Assembly: GCF_006345805.1 (NCBI RefSeq)
Contig: NC_043004.1
Span: 36,952,001-37,016,000 of the forward strand
Direction: 5' to 3'
Length of the DNA: 64,000 bases
Source: Octopus sinensis
Lineage: Eukaryota
Made by a program: the position numbers and the translations under genes. Positions 53,542 to 64,000 of the stretch are shown here, one piece after another. Below the pieces are notes generated by a model. The model was not told the DNA's origin and ran no database searches. It saw only the letters and a program-made list of their open reading frames with translations. Position 1 is the stretch's first letter. Each line of letters starts with the position of its first letter.

Positions 53542-55055
53542 CATTATTACTATATTACTGAATAATAGTACCAAATCGTATCCAGAGTTGTCGTTCTTAA
53601 TTTCCAAAGAAATGAAAACCATGTTATATTGAGTTAACGTTTTAGTATTCCTAGCTTAACACTAAACTATTGTTTTTCATGCAGATGAGGTCTCTGAGTT
53701 GTTAGCTTTGTTGTACATTCACCTTAGGCTTATATAATTCCCTACTATGACAGTTGTTCATGACATCTAGTGTAAATTTTGATATTCCAGACGTATAAAC
53801 AGACATAAACATGAGACCAAAGAAAATATTGAAATCACATATCTTTCTAAAGTGAAATCTGCTCAAGAAATGTTTCTATTGAATTAAGTGTGTCCACAAA
53901 TATCCATATTTCTTTTCGTATACTCTTTCATTTAATACAACATATTTATTATAATACATTCCAAGCTCAATGTTAAGTCATACGAAAAATTTATTTCATT
54001 AGAGCAGAACTTTGATGTAAAGCTAATGGAATTACACTGAAGTAACTCTTCATTTTACACAGGTTTGTGAGACACTAATGGAATTTTAGTTATAAAATTG
54101 ATATTATAAACAACAATTTAATTATCTAGTAAGATATTTTAATCCGAGACGATTACATTCTAAAAACTAGTACACTTTTTTAAAAGCTTTGAATGCATTA
54201 TTTTCTTTCGGTGGAATCTATGAGCACATTAAATCATAAAGTAAAAGAAATTAAGTTTTTAAAACCTCAATTGTACCGAAAATGTATCACATTCCCCTTG
54301 CCTCTTCGTAGCTTATGTTAACACATCTGGAATATCAAGGCTGATGCAAGATATGTCAACAACATCTGCTCTGGGAGTGAAATGTATGAAGATGGAAATA
54401 CATCCCGTCTGAAATGTTAACTTAGCACTTTAGATAGCCTTTCATTATGGAGCCATTTGCTGTACGTTCTGTTTTGCTTTGAGCTTCAACTGAAAAATAC
54501 TGGAGGAATTGCAGCTGCGGTTTTCATAAGTTGAGTTTACACTGACATTTACAAAAATGAAATTTAAAAATAAAGCAGGCATACATAAACAGAGACCTAA
54601 AGCTGACACACAAATGTATGAGTGAAAGTGTATGATATATACATACATACATACATACATACATACATACATACATACATACATACATACATACATACAT
54701 GCATGCATACATACACACGCACACATCTGGCGTTTCCTGCATGAATGAAAGACAAGCACTGCATGCCTAAAATACATAAATGAATGCAAATAACAAATCA
54801 GATTTTAAGATAAATCTTTCGCTTTTACGAGAGACAGCTGGAAAGAGGCTCTCTACATGCTATATATGTACCCTACTTCAATCCTTTGGCTTTTATTTTT
54901 AACATGGCATACGCTGGCTTAAAGTTGTGTATCTTTCTATCTATTCATGTGTGTATGTGTGCGCGCGCGTGTGTGTAAATACTACCTGTGTATAAATACG
55001 TACTATATACGTATATGCATACGTACACTATATATAAACTCACATCCTATACATG

Positions 55056-55104
<49 letters not shown>

Positions 55105-55558
55105 ATGGATCATAATATATACACATTGTAGATAGGCCAGTTATATGGTATTTGCTCTGAGAGAACATCTCGCATAGACGTGATGTGTTAAAAACCCAAA
55201 GAATGTTAGAGGAAAAGGAAAATTCGTCCCATCAGCGGCCAGATCAGTGGACATTTTACATGTGCACTGCTCTAAGGTGTGTAGTACTGACGTTAGCATT
55301 TCTTTTAATTATTTTGCTAATTTTGCTGCCAAACCATTTTGACACTGAATCATCTGTGTTAAATGAGAACCATTCTTTGATAAATCCAAATATTTAACTA
55401 ATTGATTTACTTCTAAAAACTATTTTAACTCTTACATTCATGGAAAAATCCATCGTAGCACTAATCTGGCGACTAAATATAGATTCAGTCTGTTCATTAT
55501 AAAGAATATTTTTTTGTTAATCAATTCTTTTCAACGAAGATTTGTCTATATTGTGTTA

Positions 55559-55909
55559 CTAGCAGTATCGCACGGCGTTGCTTAGGTTTGTTTCGACCCT
55601 TTAGAATTGGAATTTTTGAAAAGTAAAAATTCTGCATTATGTAGTTTGTTATTCTCTTAAAGTGAACATTTTTCTGGCGACACAGCAGTCAAAAAATCGT
55701 AAAAAAATAGGGATCTTCATAGAACAAAAGCATGGTGTTAACATGGTCCGATTTGAAGTTTTTTTTTCTACAGAATGAAGAGCAAGCCTTCTTCTATCAT
55801 ACTCTCAATTTTGGTCAACTTGCGCCGCAGGGTCTCGGAGGAGGTAGTGTTAGTTGAAGGCTACCAAACATGCCATACACAGACAACTTCAGCTTTGTAT
55901 ATAGAGAGA
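55559..55909 (-). mobile_element. Non-autonomous Helitron (351 bp), second subfamily
   Basis: Shares the terminal ~30 bp (CTAGCAGTATCGC.CGGCGTTGCT..GGTTTGT) with 21663. The other end reads TCTCTCTATAT on the minus strand; the hairpin is mutated and the interior differs. Confidence 0.7.
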
Positions 55910-57495
55910 TTTTATTTCAAATTATTGAATTAGTCGCTGAGAAAATGTCTTACTGAAAGATCTGTAAACAGCGAAAAAGTTGTTTGTTAACCCCCACCAC
56001 TTTAAGATAATTTCGCAATGGAAAATAACTTTCTAAATGATATGGCCAGGTATTATTCTCAAGAAATAAATTGCAATCTTACTAATTACCAATTGCTATT
56101 TTATTGACATTTACAGAGAATTCGGGACTCAGAGATCTCTAGAAGGAAGCTCTAATTCTAATCTAATTTATCCTATTTTTGTATTTTTTTAAATCCTTTC
56201 TGAAAGATAATAGCACAAGATGAAAGATTTAATCTGTATGCAAATTAGTTGTGCCAATAGCCTTTTAAAAAGCCTTCTGCACTGAAAGGTACATGGAATT
56301 AGCTAACAATAATACAAGCTTTGCGACCAAGATCCCAGACTAACTCAATCTATTTTGGGAACATTTTATTCTAAATTTTGCCGCCGAAATAAAATCTAAA
56401 ATAGAAAAAATTCTGAGACATTTCCAGAAACAAAGATCAATCCCAGCTATTCGTTCTCTATGGGAAAGATAAAGAAGTTACTTTAGCAAAGATATCGCGA
56501 ATTCTCGGGGACAAGTTGAGTATTTTGTTATAATAGATTTAAGCAACCGAAGAGAAAAATTTTCTTTTATTGAATAACAGTTGTAAATTCTAAAATCGTG
56601 GGGTCTCTTACGATGGTAAAAGTCCATTGATCAGGTATGGCGATACACAAGTGCTTATATGTTAGTTTAAGTTTATATTATATTGCCTTTCATAATTTCT
56701 TAATTTAATCATAATATTAATATTCTATTTCCTCAAGAAATGTTTGCCGGAATGATTAAATCAGGCTAACAGCAGCACAAATATATATTATTTGGAGAGA
56801 CATATAGGCAAACAAAGCTATTTGGTAGCGAGAAATAATCAATAAAAAATTGCTTAGCTTAGGTCAATAGCTAATTTGTTTCATTGAAAAAGGCTTTTGC
56901 ATAGTCCAATATTGATATTCTTTTATTATTTGTGTTGATTATATTATTAGTTGAGACAAAATATACAAAAAAAAACACAAATTAAGTAGGTTTTTTTTTC
57001 CTCGAGTCCTGTATAAACTGGCTTCAAAGTTATTTTTCCAGTTCTACTGGATATTGAGAATTATACAGGTTAGCATTACTGTAGGGCTTTGCAGATTAGA
57101 TTTCTATTAGCAAACATTATCGATCAGTAACTGCATGAGAGACACTAACTTGACATCATTATCAAACATCCATCAATTAGATTTCCACAGATTTCCATAT
57201 CGACTGGATTCCATTCCAATCCAGAAGCACACGTTTTTAATTCAATTTATAAATCGTAGCGTAAATTTGCTGTGTGCGTGTTTGTGTGTGTGTGTGTGTG
57301 TATGTGTGTGCGTGTGCGTGTGTGTTTGTGTGTGTGTTTGTGTGTGCATAGCAACTCACATATGTAGTTACCGTGAAACGCACAGCAATAATAATGTAGG
57401 GATTTTTACATGTAAATATAAAAAAAATGAAGTCTTGAAAATAAACAAACACGTACGCACGAACATATAAACATTATGCTATATATTTATGTTTA

Positions 57496-57579
<84 letters not shown>

Positions 57580-57626
57580 GTCTGAATTTGATGTTATTGA
57601 TTACTGAATTCAAGCTTATCGAGTAG

Positions 57627-57863
57627 CTATTTCTTTACTACCCACAAGGGGCTGAAAACACAGAGGGGACAAACACGGACAGACAAACGGATTAAGTCGA
57701 TTACATCGACCGTAGTGCGTAACTGATACTTAATTTATCGACCCCGAAAGGATGGAAGACAAAGTCGACCTCGGCGGAATTTGAACTCAGAACGTAACGG
57801 CTAACGAAATACGGCTACGCATTTCGCCCGGCGTGCTAACGTTTCTGCCAGCTCGCCGCCTTT
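57627..57863 (-). mobile_element. SINE family B, full length, 15-bp TSD
   Basis: AAGCTTATCGAGTAG at 57612-57626 and 57864-57878. Confidence 0.93.
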
Positions 57864-58883
57864 AAGCTTATCGAGTAGTTCGTTTGGGTTGGGCCTATTT
57901 CAACTTCATACACATGTTATATAAGAGCAGTACAAAAGAGCACAATCATCCACGTTTACAAAGTCCCGATTGTGTTTTCGTTATAACGTGTATGATTGAA
58001 GAGAAACTCAAAATAAGCAGTTTATTAGAAAATGCAAATCGCAACAGTAAAACTGAAGAGGTTTCGCGAGATTAGTAGTTGTTAGGTGCAATATGTTAGA
58101 TTGATCCGCTACTTTATCCAATCTAGCTTGATGGAATCAGATCAGCCTAATACAAGTCAAAAGAACCGAAAAAGAGACCAATACGATGTTACATGCAAGA
58201 AAACAGAGTGCAACAGTTGCTAACATAATCAAACATTTTTCGTTTCAATAAATTCAGCCAATAAGACTGAATTCCATCGCTCTCTCCTGAACAATGCTCC
58301 TCTAAATGATATGTTTTATATTATAGCTCAATTGAAATTTAGAGAAATATGTTTCCTGTTGAAAGGGAAAAGAAAACTAATCAAGATTTATAAAAATGAA
58401 AATAGTCCAGAAATTTAGGCTTCAAGTAAACACTTTTAGAAATGTTTGCTAAGGATAAATCTATTCACAATATACATGTCTTATAATTTACTGATATGTT
58501 AGAGTGTTATATTTTTGGCAAGTTTAACTAAAGAACAAGCCTGAAGACGTAATACAAAAGACTTAACATAACGAAGACAGTTGCAGGGTTCCACTTTCAA
58601 CAACTTACTACTCAATTAGAAGATATAATCGAAAATTTTAACAGAATAAACTATTTTAAAAATCAAACTAAAAATGAAAACATCTATAAAACATAGAATT
58701 TTCACAAATCCAACTAGATTTTCGTATTTGTACTATCAAATACTATCATAAAGAGCAGATACTTGAATATATATATATATATTGGTAAAACGGTAAGATA
58801 ACAAAAGAAAGAAAGAGACCTCAATATTATGTAAATAGAGGAAATTTATCTATACAATAATATGTTACATTACTCGATAGTCA

Positions 58884-58943
58884 AGATAAAACTCTCAGTT
58901 TCAGATGCCGAAGTGGGAATCCACGACATCTCTTCGGTTATCT
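58884..58943 (-). ncRNA. Mirror copy of the 58996-59055 hammerhead-like fold
   Basis: Left arm of the palindrome; differs only in the stem III loop (GAG vs CAG). Confidence 0.62.
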
Positions 58944-58995
58944 GGCTATTTGAAAACGCTATGACGGTATTTTTTCATACCGTTTTCAAATAGCC

Positions 58996-59055
58996 AGATA
59001 ACCGAAGAGATGTCGTGGATTCCCACTTCGGCATCTGAAACTCAGAGTTTTATCT
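58996..59055 (+). ncRNA. Type I hammerhead-like fold with U4C variant
   Basis: Stem I AGATAA/TTATCT; CCGAAGA 59002-59008; stem II GATGTCG/CGGCATC; extra T; GAAA 59037-59040; stem III ACT/AGT; H17=59049. Confidence 0.65.
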
Positions 59056-59084
59056 TGACTATCGAGTAACGTAACATATTATTG

Positions 59085-59149
<65 letters not shown>

Positions 59150-59159
59150 CAGACACGAC

Positions 59160-59950
59160 AGAAGTAAATAGACACCGCACAAAACGTTTTTTGTCTATTT
59201 TAACTAGAAAAGGTTTATATCGTTTATTAATTGACATTTTTATGTTTCAGGTTCTTTATCTGACTGTTTAATCATGCCACGTACAAACGAAGCCTTGGAA
59301 CTGACCGAATTTCAGAAAGGTCGTACTGTGGATCATTCTGAAGGTGGGCATAGTCACCGTAAAATTGCATACCTTGGAATCCCGCTTTCTACAATTAATA
59401 AAGTGATTGTGCAATTTACCTGCGAGGGGAAGGAGTCAAACCCTCCGCTTTGTTAAGAGAAGTGTCGAGGATAATCCTCGTTGGCTGCCAGATATCTCCA
59501 CAAACTCGGCTACTATGGCACAGCAGCAAGAAGAAAGCCACTTCTTCGACCAGCCAACATCAAGCGGTGGAGAGATCACTAGCGTTTTGGAGCATTGTCA
59601 TATTCTCTGATGAGTCCAGATTTGCTGTATTTTCTGATAGTGATCGAGTGTAGATCTGAAGACTGTGAACAAGAATTTGATGTGAAAAGATTACTTCCAA
59701 CAATGAAATATGGTAGTTGTTCTGTGATGATCAGGGGAGCAATTCTGAGAAATGGTCGAATCCTATTGAACACCTCTGAGGCCTAACGAACAGGATCCTT
59801 CATAAAAAGAACAAGAAAGCATTCTCATTGAGATTTCTGCATGAAACTTGGCAATTAAGTCCTCAAGAGAATATTCGTCATCTGATAAGTACCATGCTTT
59901 ATAGGGACTTTGCATTGAAAAATGCAAAGGGCATGTCTACTAAATATTAA
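59160..59950 (+). pseudogene. Decayed Tc1/mariner (Tc1-like) transposon
   Basis: [39 protein letters not shown] (paired-like HTH), WSIVIFSDESRF (first catalytic D) and PTMKYGSCSVMIRG (cf. PTVKHGGGSVMVWG). Frameshifts present; remaining catalytic residues not seen; outer limits approximate. Confidence 0.85.
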
Positions 59951-61157
59951 ATATTCACGTTATAATAATTAATAAATAACTAGAATGAATAAATAAAATC
60001 GAAGTATTTATGGAATTTTGATTTACTGTCGGGTGACATTTGGCCAAACAGGTCTACTAACAGTTATACGAGTGCATCTTCTCACTGACTTATGGTCTCT
60101 TACACGGCTCAAGCAGGTATGTATGTACATATATATATACACACACATCACACATACATCCATATATTCGTGCGCGTAGGGGCGCATGTAAGTCAAATAT
60201 AGACCAACAGTACTGGAAAAAACATACATTTTTATGTACATGATATATTAAACACATGGGTGAACATATATATACACACACACAAACATATATACATACA
60301 CACACACATAGACATACATGTATGTCATTTTTCAGGTTTATTTCAAGATTTCTTGTGAATGTGTATGTATGTACGTGTGTATATGACTTAGTCAACTAAC
60401 AAATATATTGTTTTTTGTTAATCTGCATCCCGGCGGTTGAAGTGGAAATTTCGAGAGAAACATAATTCACGATGCACACCTTGCATATAATATCATAAAA
60501 GAAATTTTACAAATCAGAATTTCAGCAGATAAATTTTATTCGTTGAAAATAGTTATCGTTATCGCTGAAACTTTCTAGAGAATAGGAAACAAATATCATC
60601 AAAGCAAAATTTGGATTCTATATCTTGGTAACGGCAGAGAGCGTGAAAGTGGAATTGTGGTAGTAAATTCTCCAAAGGTATTATAGTGTGACTCAGAACA
60701 TCCAGCTGTGTGTGTGTGTGTGTGTGTGTGTGAAGGCACATGAAGAATTGACGTTAGATGCAACAGAGCAGACACAGGGTAATGTTTGTCTTCTAATAAA
60801 GATAAAGCATCAAGAAGTCTCTTGGTAGGATGAAGTAAACCGAGAAAAAAAGAGGGGGGAAGTGGTGATGGTGGGAAGATGAGCCTGTACGAGGAAGAGG
60901 GTGTTGCTGGCAGTAAAGAAGCTAGTGGGATGATGCTGACTGACATATGCCCATATTAAGAAAACGTTGAATCATACATAAACATATCGACTAGTTCGCC
61001 CCAATCCCATATTTTATATAAGAAAAATAGAAAGGAAGAGGCCCAAATGTTAAGCTGTTCTTAACGCTAACGTAAACAAAGTAGAAAAAATACATACAAT
61101 GTGTTTTTGTATTGCTAGGGAAGTAGAGGAAGAAGGAGTGTAGATGACAGTGTATAC

Positions 61158-61194
<37 letters not shown>

Positions 61195-61197
<3 letters not shown>

Positions 61198-61358
61198 CGT
61201 AGGGGTGGCTGTGTGGTAAGTAGCTTGCTTACCAAACACATGGTTCCGGGTTCAGTCCCACTGCGTAGCACCTTGCGCAAGTGTCTTCTACTATAGCCTC
61301 GGGTCGATCAAAGCCTTGCGAGTGGATTTGATAGATGGAAACTGAAAGAAGCCCGTCG

Positions 61359-61392
<34 letters not shown>

Positions 61393-61518
61393 ACGTGTAT
61401 GTTGTGTATCTGTGTTTGCCCCCACCCCCCAACATCGCTTCACAACCAATGCTGGTGTGTTTACGTCCCCGTAACCTAGCGGTTCGGCAAAAGAGACCGA
61501 TAGAATAAGTCCTAGGGT

Positions 61519-61520
<2 letters not shown>
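61195..61520 (+). mobile_element. SINE family A, 3'-truncated, in (AT)n
   Basis: AGGCGTAGGGGTGGCTGTGTGGTAAG...GGTTCAGTCCC. Confidence 0.87.
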
Positions 61521-61557
<37 letters not shown>

Positions 61558-61562
61558 TCTGT

Positions 61563-61618
61563 TTGTGATTACAGAGCTGATAAAATACTCATAGGTTTTA
61601 TCAGCTCTGTACTCACAA
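61563..61618. other. Near-perfect hairpin: 23-nt arms (1 mismatch), 10-nt loop
   Basis: TTGTGA T TACAGAGCTGATAAAA [TACTCATAGG] TTTTATCAGCTCTGTA C TCACAA. Confidence 0.85.
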
Positions 61619-61825
61619 GTACGTGGGAGGGGTATACATAAATTATATATGTATGTGATTCAGTGTCCCAGCATCGCCGCTGCTTAAAAACTATAACCGG
61701 TAAGCGACGAAAAATTAGATACTATGGGTGTGAATGTGTATAGAAAGATACATCTATTAATACACACCTATTTATTTCTATTAAGTGTGAGTGAATGAGA
61801 CTTGGTTGTGTGGTAAGAAGTGCTT

Positions 61826-62330
61826 AATTTATCGACCCCGAAAGGATGAAAGGCAAAGTCGACCTCGGCGGAATTTGAACTCAGAACGTAACGACAGACG
61901 AAATACTTATTTCTTTACTACCCACAAGGGGCTAAACACAGAGGGGACAAACAAAGACAGACAAACGGATTAAGTCGATTATATCGACCCCAGTGCGTAA
62001 CTGGTATTTATTTAATCGACCCCGAAAGGATGAAAGGTAAAGTTGTGCACTGGGGTCGATGTAATCGATTTAATCCGTTTGTCTGTCCTTGTTTGTCCCC
62101 TCTGCGTTTAGCCCCTTGTGGACAGTAAAGAAATAAGAATAGTTAACACGCTGGCCGGAATGCTTAGCGGTATTTGGCCTGTCACTACGTTCTGAGTTCA
62201 AATTCCGCCGAGGTCGACTTTGCCTTCCATTCTTTGGGGTTGATAAATTAAGTACTAGGGTCGATATAATTGACTTGTTCCCTCCCCTCCAAAAAACAAT
62301 TTCAGAATTTATGCCTATAGTAGAAAGTAT
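61826..62330. mobile_element. Cluster of four SINE family B pieces, including a 91-bp inverted pair (61906-61996 / 62047-62137)
   Basis: Two minus-strand pieces followed by two plus-strand pieces; 50-nt spacer between the inverted arms. Confidence 0.85.
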
Positions 62331-62344
62331 TATTAGTCAGTAGC

Positions 62345-62735
62345 CCTATTTTTATCACGTACTTTTACTGCATAACCGAGCACAGCTCTATGTACCTTGA
62401 GTGTGTTCTGTGGTCTGTTGTGGTACTCAGAATGTGTGCGGTGCTTAGTTGTGCTAGTTTTTGGATGTTATATGTATTCGTAAGCCTTGGTGTCTTGGCT
62501 ATGTATTTGTCTGAATGTTTTGTTCTTTTAATCGTACCTATTATTATAGGAATCGCTTCTGTTTTTAGGATCTCTTTCCAGATATTTGTATTTTGAGAGT
62601 GTCTCCGTTTCTTTTACAGACACATTGTTATCTGTTGGGATTGATACATCGATTAGAAGATATTTCTTTTCTTGGTGATCTCAATACACTACATTGTCTA
62701 TCAGTAGGTTTGCGGAAGTGTATATGATGGGGAAT
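62345..62735 (-). mobile_element. R4/Dong-type (RLE-endonuclease) non-LTR retrotransposon 3' fragment
   Basis: Minus strand: SANLLIDNVVY*DHQEKKYLLIDVSIPTDNNVSVKETETLSKYKYLE(fs)LKTEAIPIIIGT...IQKLAQLSTAHILS. This matches the ANRPDIV..D...C.LIDV..P.D.N...KE.EK..KY.DL and IQK...L.TAHIL motifs of the restriction-like endonuclease region. Confidence 0.85.
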
Positions 62736-64000
62736 GATCCTGTGAGTGTAGAAGTTTACATACTTATAATTGACTAGCAACACTTCAGGATTTCTTAGTT
62801 TCTGTAACTTCCATACATGAATACTTTATTTTGATGCAGTTTGATCTTGGAATAACTAAAGGAATTTTTCTAACTGATCCTTCTCCTCCCTGCCTTAATT
62901 ACATTAATATGTTTATCTGAAATTGATTGAGGCCATTTGAGTATTGCATCATTTACTTGTTAAAAGCAAGGTTTTCTCGCATGATTAATTGTTCCCATTG
63001 GCTAAGCGCAAAAGATCGATGTATTGGGGAGAAATGAAAAGGAGGTGAATTGTGTCTTAATTCTTAATGTTATTAGCGAAATGGTTAGAACTTTCGTAAA
63101 TTTTGGTTCTGGACAGCTTACTCCATTTCTTGGTTGAAGATTAACATAACTCTAGTGTTGTACACTATGGATATTGCGACGGGCCACTGGCAAAACTTCA
63201 GGTGTGTTTCTTGCAAATGAGCTAAATAAGTAACATATTAATGATTATAATCAGATTTAGAGAATATAGATTACTGGTCGTTATTTTACCAACCCTACAA
63301 ACAGTCGAAACCAGTGTATTTCTAGTGCAGCACTTAAAGGGTTGTCACTAACTAGTGTAAGGCATTTAGTGAAGTCCTCTGCTATTTCTTCTCTACTACA
63401 ACAACAACAACTGCTGCTGCTGCCGCTGCATGTAGTATTGTCCTAATATTAATCATATTGATTTCTTCCTTCCATCCACATTGTTTAAATGTGGAAAATT
63501 AGATTAGAGAGTGCCAAGCCTTTTCTCAGTTGCATAAAAAACTATAAATAATAACCATTTCCTCTCCTTGTTCAAATTTGTAACAGTGGTGTTGTGTAGT
63601 TGATTAAATCGACCCAGTACATGCTTGATTTATTGATCAGAGAGATGAAAGACAAAGTTGATTCCCATAGGTTTTGAAATCAGAACTAGAGGTATATAGT
63701 CATGTGCTTTCCTGTTTCTCCCTCTTAACCAGCTCAACATTAACGATAATCAATAATAATAATAACTAATAATATGTCTCTAGACACAAAAGAGTTTTGT
63801 AAAGAGAAATCAACTCAGTACACATTTGAAGTTGGGAGAGATGAAAGCAACGTCGACTCCGATGGGATTCGAACTCACTGCACTAGCCTATTAGATAATA
63901 TCAATCAACTCAGTCGGATCTTAAGGCATGAGGCTAATAATCTGAGCTGATAACTTTATCTTTTTTGGTTGCAATCAAGGTCATGTATTTAATTGATGTG

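Larger units (their letters stand above)
58782..59090. mobile_element. PLE-like element in (AT)n with 108-bp inverted repeat (58851-58958 vs 58981-59088, 2 mismatches, 22-nt spacer)
   Basis: Direct sequence comparison; (AT)n on both sides. Confidence 0.85.

Overview
AT-rich, microsatellite-dense eukaryotic DNA with no host protein-coding gene that I can support; it reads as intergenic or deep intronic. Nearly all ORFs in the supplied track are microsatellite or SINE artefacts. The SINE families and composition look like an octopus (coleoid cephalopod) genome; this is inferred from recognition, not from a search. The window holds three tRNA-derived SINE families (about 25 copies or fragments, two with clean 15-18 bp TSDs), two non-autonomous Helitrons, and decayed hAT, Tc1, RTE and R4/Dong-type (RLE) remnants. 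At the left edge is a Penelope-like element (PLE) 3' end with a GIY-YIG frame and a perfect 101-bp inverted repeat. The main unexplained signal, found by hand, is about 10 type I hammerhead ribozyme (HHR) folds from several unrelated short element families, most sitting in or next to (AT)n/(GT)n tracts. They include canonical cores with unusually long stem II, minimal palindromic-stem-III (dimer-type) motifs, a mirror-image double HHR palindrome, and a 332-bp TSD-flanked element with an HHR inside a 45-bp inverted repeat. HHRs in PLE pseudo-LTRs and retrozymes are established in general; activity and novelty of these particular families are untested here.
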